From contig CAWJQQ010000001.1 in the NCBI GenBank assembly GCA_963845065.1, positions 416,001-480,000 on the forward strand: a stretch of DNA of 64,000 nt, written 5' to 3'. Within the stretch, counting starts at the first letter, position 1. Each line of letters begins with the position of its first letter. Both the position numbers and the translations under genes were made by a program. Source of the stretch: Nitrospirota bacterium (lineage in GTDB: Bacteria; Nitrospirota; UBA9217). The notes beneath the pieces were generated by a model, which ran no database searches, was not told where the DNA came from, and was given only the letters and a program-made list of their open reading frames with translations. This document shows positions 21,366-32,500 of the stretch, in pieces.

Positions 21366-22416
21366 AGGGTATCTCGATTACCACCTTAACACCCGATGGC
21401 TCATTCTCCTCAAAGGTCAACCTGCTGCGCCCATGGTACAGCAGGTCCAGCCGCTTTCTGATATTTTTTAGGCTGATGCCGTTGCCGGGACTCGATTCAT
21501 TGATTCCCATCCCTGAATCAGATATTATAATCCTGACGTAGTCCCCGTCCCGATGGCCCTGGATCAGCAGATCGCCACCGCGTATCGAGGGCTCTAAGCC
21601 ATGTTTTACGGCATTTTCCACCAAAGGCTGGATGACCAGCGGCGGGATCCGAAAGTCGCGAAGGCTATCGGGAATGTCAATCGTATAGCGAAGACGATCT
21701 CCCATGCGTACGGTATAGATATTGAGATAGTTTCTTACCACGTCCAGTTCCTGTGAAAGCGTCGTTGTTTCGCCGCGTCCAGTTATGAGAGATGTACGCA
21801 GGAACGCGGTAAAAGACTCGAGCATTCGCTTGGCTTTATTCGGCTCGTTGTCGATTAAACTGAGGATCGTAGAGAGCGTATTAAACAGGAAGTGCGGTTC
21901 CATCTGCGATTGGAGGAGTTTGATCTCCGTCACGATGGCGTTTTTTTCCACTTCCAGTCTTTTTATTTTTTCGTCTGATAATTTCTGGATCGAGACGAAC
22001 ACATAGCTGACAATAGAGCCGAAGAGAAGAGCATAGAACAGGGTAGACAAGTAGAACCTGATTTTCATGTCCGGCGGCATCGCGGCACCGACGTCCATAT
22101 GCAGAAGACGGGTCGCAGCAGTGCCAAGAATGACGCCGATGATCGCTCCCAGGATTACGGCCACAATGATCAGAGCCGCCTGCAGGCCCACCCGTTCAAT
22201 CTTGATAAAATTTGACGCTGCGATTACACAACCGGCGATGGAAATTCCAATGCACTGGGAAAATATAAAACTAACGATAAACGTGCTTTCCGGATGGATT
22301 GAGATGAAAATCAGGGCGATAAGGGTATTCACGGCAAGGATAGAGAGGATTTTGCCGGAGGAGAATTTAAAATATATCGGTGAATGCACTAAGTGCATCG
22401 TTGGTTGCTCTTGCAT
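21337..22416 (-). CDS. LytS-family sensor histidine kinase
   Basis: LQSQMEPHFLFNTL, QPLVENAVKHG, DSG; N-terminal TM helices. Confidence 0.92.
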   Translation of the reverse strand: MQEQPTMHLVHSPIYFKFSSGKILSILAVNTLIALIFISIHPESTFIVSFIFSQCIGISIAGCVIAASNFIKIERVGLQAALIIVAVILGAIIGVILGTAATRLLHMDVGAAMPPDMKIRFYLSTLFYALLFGSIVSYVFVSIQKLSDEKIKRLEVEKNAIVTEIKLLQSQMEPHFLFNTLSTILSLIDNEPNKAKRMLESFTAFLRTSLITGRGETTTLSQELDVVRNYLNIYTVRMGDRLRYTIDIPDSLRDFRIPPLVIQPLVENAVKHGLEPSIRGGDLLIQGHRDGDYVRIIISDSGMGINESSPGNGISLKNIRKRLDLLYHGRSRLTFEENEPSGVKVVIEIPYETDSSHHS

Positions 22417-22938
22417 GGATTTCCTATTTTTTCGTTTCGGTTCAACAGTCTGGGATCGTACCGAATTCCAATGGTTACGAGAAAAAGAATCAGCTGCTAA
22501 TACCATTTTAAAAGCTAGCTTATCACAGTTCGGGGAAAAAGTGTAGGATGGGCTTTCCATTGGATGGTGTTCCAGCATCGGCATGCAATAATTCCGCAAC
22601 AACATCTTCCCCACTTGAGAACCTTTTGGAAAATAGATAATTGCCTTTTCACCAAAAATATTCAAGCGCTCTGTTTTGCGCGATTTTTTAACATCCTCGG
22701 ACTGGCCTTCTTTCTATTTGAACTCACCTAATGAAACGGATATTGCTTACCGGTGCACAACTTAACCCGTATGTAATATCAACAACGAGGATTAGAAATA
22801 TGGCCCATGATACTAGGGCCCACTGCAAAAGTAGAAGTAACCACTCCCAGGATAAACATTGTTATAAGAAATCCCGACAGCAACATACACGTTGAACGCA
22901 GGCAAATAGACTAACTGAGGCGTTTCGTCGGCATAAAT

Positions 22939-23190
22939 CTATTGCGGAGGTGTGTATTGTCTTGGCGCTGGGTACATATCAGAGGAGGGGGGCGGAGGTA
23001 CTATATAAGGCGTTATCCAGGCATCTGCTCCCCATAGGAATAACATTCATTGGACATAGGCGTTGTCATATCTGCGTTGGGCTGACCTGCCATCAACTCT
23101 GCCTGAGTCTGAAACTATGGCTGCACTCAGCCCAGCTTCAATTGTCGTGCCCGCAACTGCTTCTGTTGCAACGCTACTATCATATGCCTA
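22939..23190 (-). pseudogene. possible remnant of a glycine-zipper-type exported protein
   Basis: Minus strand reads ...AQRRYDNAYVQ*M... followed by a Pro-rich tail; contains an internal stop. Confidence 0.35.
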
Positions 23191-23401
23191 CTGAACTGAC
23201 GCTCCAAGGTATCTCATTTCAGATTACTATCGATATTCTTAAACTACGTCAAATCAGGATACCTGAGAGGAAACTCCTACTAGTGTGCAACAATGACTCT
23301 CTAAAAAAATACGATATTCTGGTTGGAGCATTGTTGTACGCTATGATTCTGAAATGAAATTTAAGTAAATGCTTCCTGAACTCATGCCTCTAACATCTAG
23401 A

Positions 23402-23851
23402 TTAGTTTTTTACCCACTCGGCAAGGATATGACCCAAAAGAAATACACTAGCTAGGATAAAAAGAAAAGATACGACTTCAAGAAACCATATGGTAGCCCG
23501 ATTATACGAACGAGGGGAGTTGTTTGTCGTATCGGAAAGGGTAAGCTTGTTAGAAGATATTGCTAAACCCCTAGTGCTCTTTCTCACCCAGATTATGCAC
23601 CCGAAGAAGTATAGCGGAAGAATGATGAGAAAAAATCGTGGTAGGTTCAGAAACATAGAAAATATGATAGCTAATGGCACGCAAATTATCAAGAGGCGCT
23701 TTATAGCAAGTCGAAACCCGTCTTTTCTATCATCGGGAAGAATATATCCTTTGCCGAGTACCCCCCATGGATAAAATATTGTATTCCCTTTTTCATCTGT
23801 TTTAAATGAAGTATTCGTGAGCCCGTCAAAGTATCCCAAATTATACCTCAT
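23402..23851 (-). CDS. hypothetical membrane protein
   Basis: 149 aa, FKTDEKGNTIFYPWGVLGKGY, 3 TM helices. Confidence 0.75.
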   Translation of the reverse strand: MRYNLGYFDGLTNTSFKTDEKGNTIFYPWGVLGKGYILPDDRKDGFRLAIKRLLIICVPLAIIFSMFLNLPRFFLIILPLYFFGCIIWVRKSTRGLAISSNKLTLSDTTNNSPRSYNRATIWFLEVVSFLFILASVFLLGHILAEWVKN

Positions 23852-24115
23852 ACATAACGTTGCAATAAGTAAGAAGATCTAGCCAAGTACGAAAATTCTA
23901 ACATAACAGTGTGGCAAAAAAGCTCATGTAATACATTTAAATATATGCCTGATTTACGAAGATGTCAATGGCATCGGAAGGTATTGTCATCGCGGGGCAT
24001 CGGGGGGGTATGTGTATCGGGGAGTATGTGGAATTTATAAAATATGAGAAGACGTATTATACTCTCAGCAGTACATTTTCACCCCTATCCCGACTTCCCC
24101 TCCGTTACGAATATT

Positions 24116-24862
24116 TTATTGATTCCAATGTCGCGTCCCCGCCTTCTCCACCGCCTCCACGAGCCGCTCAATTCCTTTTCCGTTATCTGCTGCGGTCACG
24201 ATGACAGGCGGTCTCGGTCTGTTGCTGGGCCGGAGGTGTACCATAGTATTCAGCTCCTGCGCCGTTGTCCTGGCGTTCGGCAAGTCGCTCTTGTTCACCA
24301 CGAAAACATCACCGATCTCCATGATTCCGGCCTTCATCATCTGGATGTCGTCTCCCATGTTCGGAGTGACGACAACAACGACGGTCTGGACCGCTTTCCG
24401 GACTGCTATCTCGCTCTGGCCCACGCCCGTTGTTTCGAGGAACACCGTATCCATGCCGAGCGCAGCCAGAATTGCCGCGGCGTCCTTCGCGGCTAACGAG
24501 AGCCCACCCGTTCCCTCCCGGGTTGCCATGCTCCGAACAAAGACCCCATCGTCATTGGCGTTGACATGCATCCTGATCCGGTCGCCCAGGAGCGCCCCGC
24601 CGGAAAGTGGGCTCGTGGGATCAATAGCAATGACGCCGACCTTCTGGCCGCGCTTTCGAAGTATAGCGATCATTCCGTTGATGAGTGTGCTCTTACCGCT
24701 ACCCGGTGCGCCAGTGACACCGACGAGGCGCGCCCTGCCAATATGGGGTTTAATCTCCTTCATGACGGCACGGGCTTTCTTCCTGTCGTTTTCTACGATC
24801 GAGATGAGTTGCGCGGCCGCCTGTTTATTACCCTGAAGCAGTTCGTGTATGAGTTTTTTCAT
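24116..24862 (-). CDS. meaB: MeaB/ArgK-family GTPase chaperone of B12 mutase
   Basis: GAPGSGKS, DPTSPLSGGALLGDRIRM, ETTGVGQSE, NKSD. Confidence 0.93.
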   Translation of the reverse strand: MKKLIHELLQGNKQAAAQLISIVENDRKKARAVMKEIKPHIGRARLVGVTGAPGSGKSTLINGMIAILRKRGQKVGVIAIDPTSPLSGGALLGDRIRMHVNANDDGVFVRSMATREGTGGLSLAAKDAAAILAALGMDTVFLETTGVGQSEIAVRKAVQTVVVVVTPNMGDDIQMMKAGIMEIGDVFVVNKSDLPNARTTAQELNTMVHLRPSNRPRPPVIVTAADNGKGIERLVEAVEKAGTRHWNQ

Positions 24863-25327
24863 CGTAGTGTACAACGAAATCGCGTCACGCTACTCGCTTC
24901 CTGCACGGTCTTGCTCGGCGTTTAGTAGGTACAAATCATGGACGCGCGGAAGTCGGATGGCCGAGCAGTTTCTGGATCGAGCAGATAAACGTAGTTATAC
25001 CGAAGTAAGTGCAGTGTGTAAGACTTTCTTTACAGCAAGATCAAGAATGACGTCAGAAAGCTGACGCTATGACGAAGAACTTATGAATTATTGACCATCC
25101 TCTTGATGCCGTCCATTATATGCGGAATATTCAAATTGGACAAAAACCATAATTTATATTTCCTCATCTTGAGTTATGTTAATAGCTCCGCCTCTTGAAT
25201 TGGCAAAAGCTTTTTAAAAGATTGTTTTCAATAAAGGTGGAATCGCCCACAATCATTGCTATCCGGCAACCTGCATCAATGAAGGTTTTATTGAAATGAA
25301 CGCTGTTTTCACGTTTATCATAACATT

Positions 25328-25744
25328 TTATTTCACCACGCCCTCGATAAACTGAACGATCTCTTCGGTCGTTGCCCCGGGAGTAAAAATCGCAGCGACT
25401 CCCTTTTTCTTGAGTCGCGCCATGTCCTCCCCGGGAATGATGCCCCCACCGATGAGATGCGTCTTGTGCAGTCCCTCTTTTTTCATAAGCCCCAAGATCT
25501 CGGGTAACAGTACCGTATGCGCGCCGGATAGGAGGCTCACGCCGATCACATCAGCGTCTTCTTCCCTTGCTGCGCGAACGATCTCCTCAGGTGTGCGCCT
25601 TAGACCGAGGTAAATGACCTCCATGCCAGCGTCTCGGAGCGCCATGGCAACCACCTTGAGTCCCCGGTCGTGGCCATCGAGCCCCGCCTTGGCGAGAAGT
25701 ACGCGGATTTTTTTCTTAGAAAAGCGCTGGTTCTTTGTACTCAC
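25328..25744 (-). CDS. cobalamin-binding small subunit of acyl-CoA mutase (IcmB-like)
   Basis: DGHDRG (DxHxxG), SLLSG, GGIIP. Confidence 0.93.
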   Translation of the reverse strand: MSTKNQRFSKKKIRVLLAKAGLDGHDRGLKVVAMALRDAGMEVIYLGLRRTPEEIVRAAREEDADVIGVSLLSGAHTVLLPEILGLMKKEGLHKTHLIGGGIIPGEDMARLKKKGVAAIFTPGATTEEIVQFIEGVVK

Positions 25745-27392
25745 CGAAGACCTCTTTCAGGGCACCACAGATCTCGCCCACCGTTGCATAGGCCGTTACC
25801 GCGTCGATTAAGAACGGCATCAGGTTCTCCTTTCCTGCCGCGGCCGACTTCAGCTTGGTTAACGACGATTTCCATCTCCTGGGATCCCGTTTTCTTCGCA
25901 GCTCTTTGATTGTCTTGACCTGATTCTTTTCAATTTCCGGACCTATCTTGAGTGTCTCAATTGGCTCTTCTTTCTCCACGAATTCATTCATTCCCACAAC
26001 GATCTTTTCCTTTCTCTCGATGGCTTGCTGATACCATTGAGCGCTCTTTGCGATCTCCCGCTGTGGGAACCCCTGCCCGATCGCCTCGACCATGCCGCCG
26101 AGGCTTTCGATCTTCTTGAAATAGACGTAAGCCTCCTGCTCCATTCTGTTGGTCAAAGCCTCGATAAAATAGGAGCCGCCCAGGGGATCGATGACGTTAG
26201 CTACGCCACTTTCGTGGGCAAGGATTTGTTGCGTTCTCACCGCGATGGTCACGGCTTTTTCGGTCGGCAGGGCAAGCGTTTCGTCCATGGAGTTGGTATG
26301 GAGAGACTGTGTTCCGCCGAGCACCGCGGCAAGGGCCTGGATGGTTGTCCGAACGATATTGCTATACGGCTGCTGGGCCGTGAGGGAACATCCCGCGGTC
26401 TGTGTGTGGAACCGCATTTGTACCGAACGCTCGTCCTTTGGATGATATCTCTCCCGTATCTCTCGCGCCCAGATCCTGCGTGCCGCCCGGAATTTCGAGA
26501 TCTCTTCGAAGAAATCATTATGGGAATTGAAAAAAAATGAGAGTCTGCCCGCGAATTTGTCTATTTTCATGCCCGCCTTGACACAGGCGTCCACGTAGGT
26601 AAGACCGTCGATAAGGGTAAAAGCGAGTTCCTGCACGGCACTCGATCCAGCCTCGCGGATGTGGTAGCCGCTGATGCTGATGGGGTGCCATCGGGGAACG
26701 TTTTTCATGCAGAAGGCGATGGTGTCCGTGATGAGCCTCAAGGACGGCTGCGGAGGATAGATCCACTCCTTTTGGGCGATGTATTCTTTGAGGATATCGT
26801 TCTGGATCGTTCCGCCGAGCAGGGAAAGCGGGATCTTTCGCTTTTGCGCCATGGCGAGATACATAGCGAAGAGCACCGAGGCCGGCGCGTTGATCGTCAT
26901 CGAGGTCGTAATTCTGTCGAGCGGGATATCCTTAAAGAGGAGTTCCATATCATCGAGCGAATCGACGGCGACGCCGCATCTGCCGACTTCACCCCTGGAC
27001 AGGAGGTGATCTGAATCGTAGCCCATCAGGGTAGGGAGGTCAAAAGCCACGCTCAAGCCCGTCTCGCCCTTTTTCAATAGATAATGGAACCGCCTGTTCG
27101 TCTGCTTCGCCGCGCCATATCCTGAGAATTGCCGTATGGTCCAAAGACGGCTTCTATACATCGAAGGATAGATTCCCCGGGTATAGGGAAACTCGCCCGG
27201 GAATCCGATGGTCTTGTCGAAATCGATGGTATCAACATCTGCCGGAGTATAGAGCGGCTCGTCTATCGAAAGAGCAGACACGGTTGTGAAGGAGGCTAGT
27301 CGTTCAGGCAGTTTTTTGAGGCTAGGACGCAGCGTTTCTCGGGTCCATCGTTTCTTTTCAACACTGAACGCCGGGGTGGTTTTTTTTGCCAT
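25716..27392 (-). CDS. acyl-CoA mutase large subunit (isobutyryl-CoA mutase IcmA-like)
   Basis: [52 protein letters not shown]. Confidence 0.92.
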   Translation of the reverse strand: MAKKTTPAFSVEKKRWTRETLRPSLKKLPERLASFTTVSALSIDEPLYTPADVDTIDFDKTIGFPGEFPYTRGIYPSMYRSRLWTIRQFSGYGAAKQTNRRFHYLLKKGETGLSVAFDLPTLMGYDSDHLLSRGEVGRCGVAVDSLDDMELLFKDIPLDRITTSMTINAPASVLFAMYLAMAQKRKIPLSLLGGTIQNDILKEYIAQKEWIYPPQPSLRLITDTIAFCMKNVPRWHPISISGYHIREAGSSAVQELAFTLIDGLTYVDACVKAGMKIDKFAGRLSFFFNSHNDFFEEISKFRAARRIWAREIRERYHPKDERSVQMRFHTQTAGCSLTAQQPYSNIVRTTIQALAAVLGGTQSLHTNSMDETLALPTEKAVTIAVRTQQILAHESGVANVIDPLGGSYFIEALTNRMEQEAYVYFKKIESLGGMVEAIGQGFPQREIAKSAQWYQQAIERKEKIVVGMNEFVEKEEPIETLKIGPEIEKNQVKTIKELRRKRDPRRWKSSLTKLKSAAAGKENLMPFLIDAVTAYATVGEICGALKEVFGEYKEPALF

Positions 27393-27593
27393 GGTCTCGT
27401 TACCGTCCTCTTACTTTTTAAAATATAGCATGAATCATGGCGCTTGTCACATGTACAGCGCGACCGAAGCAACACCGGCCACTCCTGCCTGATAATTCTG
27501 GACCTGCGGCAAGGAAATGATAAATCCGAAGAAGCGGTGCAGACCTGACGGTATGATAAGGGGAGAAGATAATAAACATTTATTTGCCCCTAG

Positions 27594-29152
27594 GAGTCTG
27601 TCGGACTTAACGATCTAATCCGAAGACTATTTGTTCAAAGTTCTGTGATCATCAGCATTTTGATCGGTTCTCATCGATCAAAGTAGCTTGTAGTCTGTTC
27701 TTTCTTATCACTATTAACTCAAGGCATGCAGCCTTTTCAGGTTCCAGGCGATGCAGACCAAGTCCCATTCGCCTTGTGCCGACTCAAAGCCTCGCAGCAG
27801 GAACTGCCGGAACCCCATGACTGCCTTGATAATGCCGAAGACTGGTTCCACCGTACTTTTGCGTTTGGCGTAAAGTTTTTTCCCAGCCAGTGTCCGAAGC
27901 CGGTGCTTCATCCTCTTAACCGCATCAGCACCGTCAGGCAGCGGCAACGGCTCACGGAATCGATTCATGAGCGGCTGGTTGTGCTGATCCCGACCAAAGG
28001 CAATATACGGCGTGATCTTGTTTTTCTCGCAAGCACCAACGTTGGTTTCGCTGTAGAAGCCGTTGTCGCTAATAAGCGAATCTACCGTACCAAGCGCGTG
28101 AGGTAGTGCCACAAGGTTGGCGACTGCTGGTTCCAGCTCACGCTTGTCGTTTGTTTGCTGACTCACGTGGCTGGTCACGATCATCATTGTATCGGTATCA
28201 ACGCCAGCCTGAGCATTGTAAGCCTGCTCAAAGCCTCCACCGGATTTTTTCATGATCCGGGATTCGCCATCCGTCAGGTTGACCTGGTCTCGGCCCTTGA
28301 CGCCGGGGGTCGGCGGCTGCGGTTTAGGACCGCGCGGCTTTTTGCCGGACCGCTGTTCTTTTTCGGCGCGCTCGGCCAGATTTTTATCATAGGCTTCTTT
28401 TTCCTGGGCGTAACGTTCGGCGGCTCGCCGCTCAATCTCGGCCTTGGCGTCGGCTATCGCCTTGAGCCGCTCGGTCCGCCGGGACAGTTCTTCCGGGATG
28501 TTCATTCCATCCGGTAGATCGGCTTGGTCGGCAGCTTCCGCCTGCCGAAGAAGTTCAGCCACTTCCGCCTTGAGCTGCTCTTCCAGCTTGCAGGCGTGAG
28601 CGTAACTCAAGGCCTTATGCTTGGAGGCATTTGCCTTGACCTTTGTCCCATCCAGACTCACGGTGCCCAGTTTTAAGATCCCCGTCTGCTGGGCGATGAG
28701 CAGGATCTGGACGAACAACGGCTTTAGCTGCGGCAAAAACCTCTTCCGGAACGCAGCAATCGTGTCATGATCCGGATGGGCATTGGCCGCGATAAACCGA
28801 AACGCTACGGAATCATAGGTGCTCCGCTCCAGTTTGCGGCTGGAGAACACCCCTGTAGCATATCCGTAGAACAGGAGCGCCAGAAGCATCTCCGGATTAT
28901 AGGGCTGTGATCCACGACCGGCATACGCGGTTTTCAAAGAACTAAGGTCAAGCTGGTCGACGATCTCCACAACGAACCGTGCGAGATGGTCTTCGGGCAG
29001 CCAGTCTTGAAGCGATGGTGGCAATAAATAGAGTGTTGACTGATCATAGTCGATAAACTTTACGCTCATCTTTGTTCAACCTCGCATATGCGTAATTGAA
29101 AAGCTAATCGACTATAGCATATTTTATTTCGTCGGGAAAGTCCGACAGACTC
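27594..29152 (-). mobile_element. intact IS1182-family insertion sequence
   Basis: Perfect TIR GAGTCTGTCGGACTT (27594-27608 / 29138-29152), flanked by CTAG on both sides (alternatively a 16-bp TIR with a TA duplication). Confidence 0.93.
27714..29069 (-). CDS. IS1182-family DDE transposase
   Basis: LPEDHLARF, SSRKLE, PDHDTIAAFR, LDGTK, YNAQ, DNGF, RKSTVEPVFG. Confidence 0.95.
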   Translation of the reverse strand: MSVKFIDYDQSTLYLLPPSLQDWLPEDHLARFVVEIVDQLDLSSLKTAYAGRGSQPYNPEMLLALLFYGYATGVFSSRKLERSTYDSVAFRFIAANAHPDHDTIAAFRKRFLPQLKPLFVQILLIAQQTGILKLGTVSLDGTKVKANASKHKALSYAHACKLEEQLKAEVAELLRQAEAADQADLPDGMNIPEELSRRTERLKAIADAKAEIERRAAERYAQEKEAYDKNLAERAEKEQRSGKKPRGPKPQPPTPGVKGRDQVNLTDGESRIMKKSGGGFEQAYNAQAGVDTDTMMIVTSHVSQQTNDKRELEPAVANLVALPHALGTVDSLISDNGFYSETNVGACEKNKITPYIAFGRDQHNQPLMNRFREPLPLPDGADAVKRMKHRLRTLAGKKLYAKRKSTVEPVFGIIKAVMGFRQFLLRGFESAQGEWDLVCIAWNLKRLHALS

Positions 29153-29565
29153 CTAGGTAAAAATATTCAAACTTGTTTTGCATTTTAAATGCATAGTTTC
29201 CCGTGATAAAGAAATTATTGGTTGATCAGGATTAGGCTCAGTACAAGTCGGTATTATGCTATTCGCTCTTCTTCGTCTTCTCACTTCCCAGGAACGTATT
29301 AAGAATCTGCACAATCTGCTTACGCTTCGGCGGCGGGAGTCTTCCCCCGGAAGGGATGCATGTTACGTCCAGTATTCGCGACATGAATTGCTGTCGTTCT
29401 GCAGGAAGGAAGTCACATCGAAAGTTTCAACAGATATTCTTCACCTCAATTTAAATAGGAGCTCTGTAAAAAAAACATCTACAAGGTTGCTAATTGGGAG
29501 ATGCATAACGTGGTTGTAGCTTGTATCGCTCCCAGTGAAGATACCCTCTAATGCGGCTTGAAATA

Positions 29566-32500
29566 TTAAATATTGAGCATCCTGTTTAATACCTCTCTGA
29601 GAGCGTTAACATCATAGGGTTTATTCATAAAAGCTTTGAATCCCTGCTTTTCGTAGTTCGCCGTGACGGAATCATCGGAGTATCCGCTCGATACGACTGC
29701 CTTAACATTAGGGTCCGTTTTGAGTAACTGCTGAACCGTTTCCAAACCACCCATCCCGCCCCGGATCGTAAGGTCCAGGATTACAACATCGAACGGCCGT
29801 TGCCCTTTGAGCGCGGCCTTGTACATTTCAATAGCTTCATCTCCATTCTTTGCGAACTCCACTTCATGTCCCAAGGCAATTATTAATTCACCGGCTACAT
29901 CACGGACGAGCTTTTCGTCATCCATAATTAGGATCCTCCCTGTATATTCCGCTTTAGACAGAAGGGTCTGTTCGATTTGTTTTTCATGCTGCACCGCTAC
30001 GGTAGTCGCAGGAAGGTAGATTGTGAAAATCGTCCCTTTCCCCAGTTCTGACTTTACATTGATCAAGCCGTTATGATTCCTTATGATGGAATAGGAGGTC
30101 GCAAGGCCCAGGCCGCTGCCTTTTTCCTTAGTTGTAAAATAAGGGTCGAATATCCTGTCTAGATATTCTGCCGCTATCCCGATACCACTGTCTCCTATGG
30201 CAACCTCTACATATTTATCTTTCTTTAAAAGTTGAGGAAGGTCCTTGTTGGGAGCTTGAATATTCTTGGCCCTGATCTCGACTCGTCCGCCGACCGGCAT
30301 TGCTTGGTCCGCATTCAGAATGATGTTCTGGATCACCTGGCCGATCTGGCCTTCGTCCACATCGGCCCACCACAGATTATCGTCGGCTACGATGTGGCTT
30401 TCGGACCGCGATCCACTCAAGGCAAAGCGGGTGGCGTTCTCGATCACCAGGCGTAGGTTCGCCGGTTTCCTCACCGGCTTGCCTCCTTTGGAAAAGGTCA
30501 AAAGCTGGGTCGTGAGATTAACTGACTGATGCAGGGCTTTCTCGGCTTGTTCCAGGGCTGTTGAACTTTTTTCCCTGTTATTCATTGACATTTTCGCCAG
30601 GGAGATGTAACCGAACACACCCTGAAGCAAGTTGTTAAAGTCATGCGCAATGCCGCCTGCAAGTGTGCCGATGGATTCGAGTTTTTGGGTCTTAAGCCGT
30701 TCCTCCTCCAGGAGGTGCTTTTCAGTGATATTGTTGAGCGTCTCGATGACAGAGGTTACGACGCCGGATGCATTTTTGATAGGGAAGGCTTTTGTCTCAA
30801 CATAGAGGAAATTTCCATTGGCATCTTTATGATGATGAAGCGCTGAATGGGGTTTGCCCGTTTCAATTGCCTGGTGTATCGCGCATTCCTCGCCCTCTTC
30901 GTAACATGGCCGGTTGATCTTGTGAGATATCTCATAGCAGTGTCGCCCAATGATCATCTCAGCGCAACTGCCCACCTGGCTGCAGTATGCTTTATTGGCT
31001 GTCAGGATGCGAAAGTTTCGGTCTACGACGATGAAACCTTCGTCAACGGTGTCGAGGATGCCGCGGATGAACTGCTCGCTTTGCCGAATTTTTTCCTCGG
31101 CCTGCTTGCGTTCCGTGATATCCTGAGCGGTGCCAAAGATACTGAGGGCTATACCAGACGTATCACGCCTGGCAACGCCAAAGGCTTCCATCACCCACTC
31201 GCGACCAGAATCATTGATGATCCGGACCGCCACATGGAAGGGAGACGCGTCGCTTTTCAGCGCATTATCGAAATTGGTTTGCATCATTGCATAATCGTTG
31301 GGATGTACCAACCGGGCGAACTCATTAAAAGACGGCACAAAATTCTCAGAGGACTTGTCAAAGAGTTTATACATTGCGTCCGACCAGTATAGCACCTGCG
31401 AGGCAAGGTCCAGGTCCCAGTTTCCCAGTCGAGCGATTTTTTGGGACTCTCGAAGTTGACTTTCGCTCTTTCTGAGCTTTTGTTCAGCCTGCCGTTGCAC
31501 GGTGATGTCAGTGTGCACACCGACAAGGCCGACAATTTTACCTTCTTTATTCTTTATAGGATATGCCCGGAGAAAAATATCTTTTTCGTTTCTATCTTTA
31601 TCTAACATTTTTACTTCGCCTACAAAAGAACCCCCGTTCATAATTATGTCAAAAACTTTCCTTCCTTCTTTTTCATCAGCATATACAGTTGCCGGCGGCC
31701 CTGAAACACCATCTACCTCACGAATAGATAATCCAAACAACTTAGTATAAGCCTCATTTTGATAATAATGCCTTCCATCAGGCGTAGCCATGCCAATTGC
31801 ATCTGTGGCGCTACCCACGGCCATTTGGAAATAAAGCAGCGCCTCTTCCGCCTGCTTGTGCTCGGTGATGTCATGCACTATACTGAAAACACGCATCGGC
31901 TTATCAATTTCATTACGAAATATCCGTCCAGTTTCATGTACGACACGTTCAGTACCGTCTGGTCTAATAATCCTATGTTCAACATCATATGGGATTGATT
32001 TGTCTTCAAGCGATTTATCTAAAGCAGCTGCCACTTTTTGCACGTCTTCAGGATGTATGCGGTCCAAAAACGCTTTATAGGAAGCCCCAAACACCGTGGG
32101 CTTTAGACCATATATGCAATATATCTCGTCCGACCAAGCCATTGTACCCTTAGGGATGTCCCAGTCCCAACTGCCCATGTGTGAGATGCCCTCTGCAAAT
32201 CGGTAACGCTCATCGTTTTCCGCGAGCATCAATGCACGTTCGTTTAGTTTTCTTTCCGATTCCTCTAGTTTCTTTAATTGACGAGTTAGTACAACGCTTG
32301 AAAGCACAAACACGAGAAGTACGACAGCAGCAGCTGATACTTGTCTTATGGTTTGAGATTTCCATTCCGAGAGGATTTCATCCGTCCGCAAGGAAACTAA
32401 CGCTAGCGCCGGGAAAGTTGAAAGTCTGGAATACGCGGCAATTCTGTCAGACCGATCGAAGCCAAATAGTGGGGCGCGATAAAACCCTGCTGAAGAGACA

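Noticed and set aside
27393..27590. Cobalamin riboswitch upstream of the mutase
   Set aside because: No recognisable B12-box motifs
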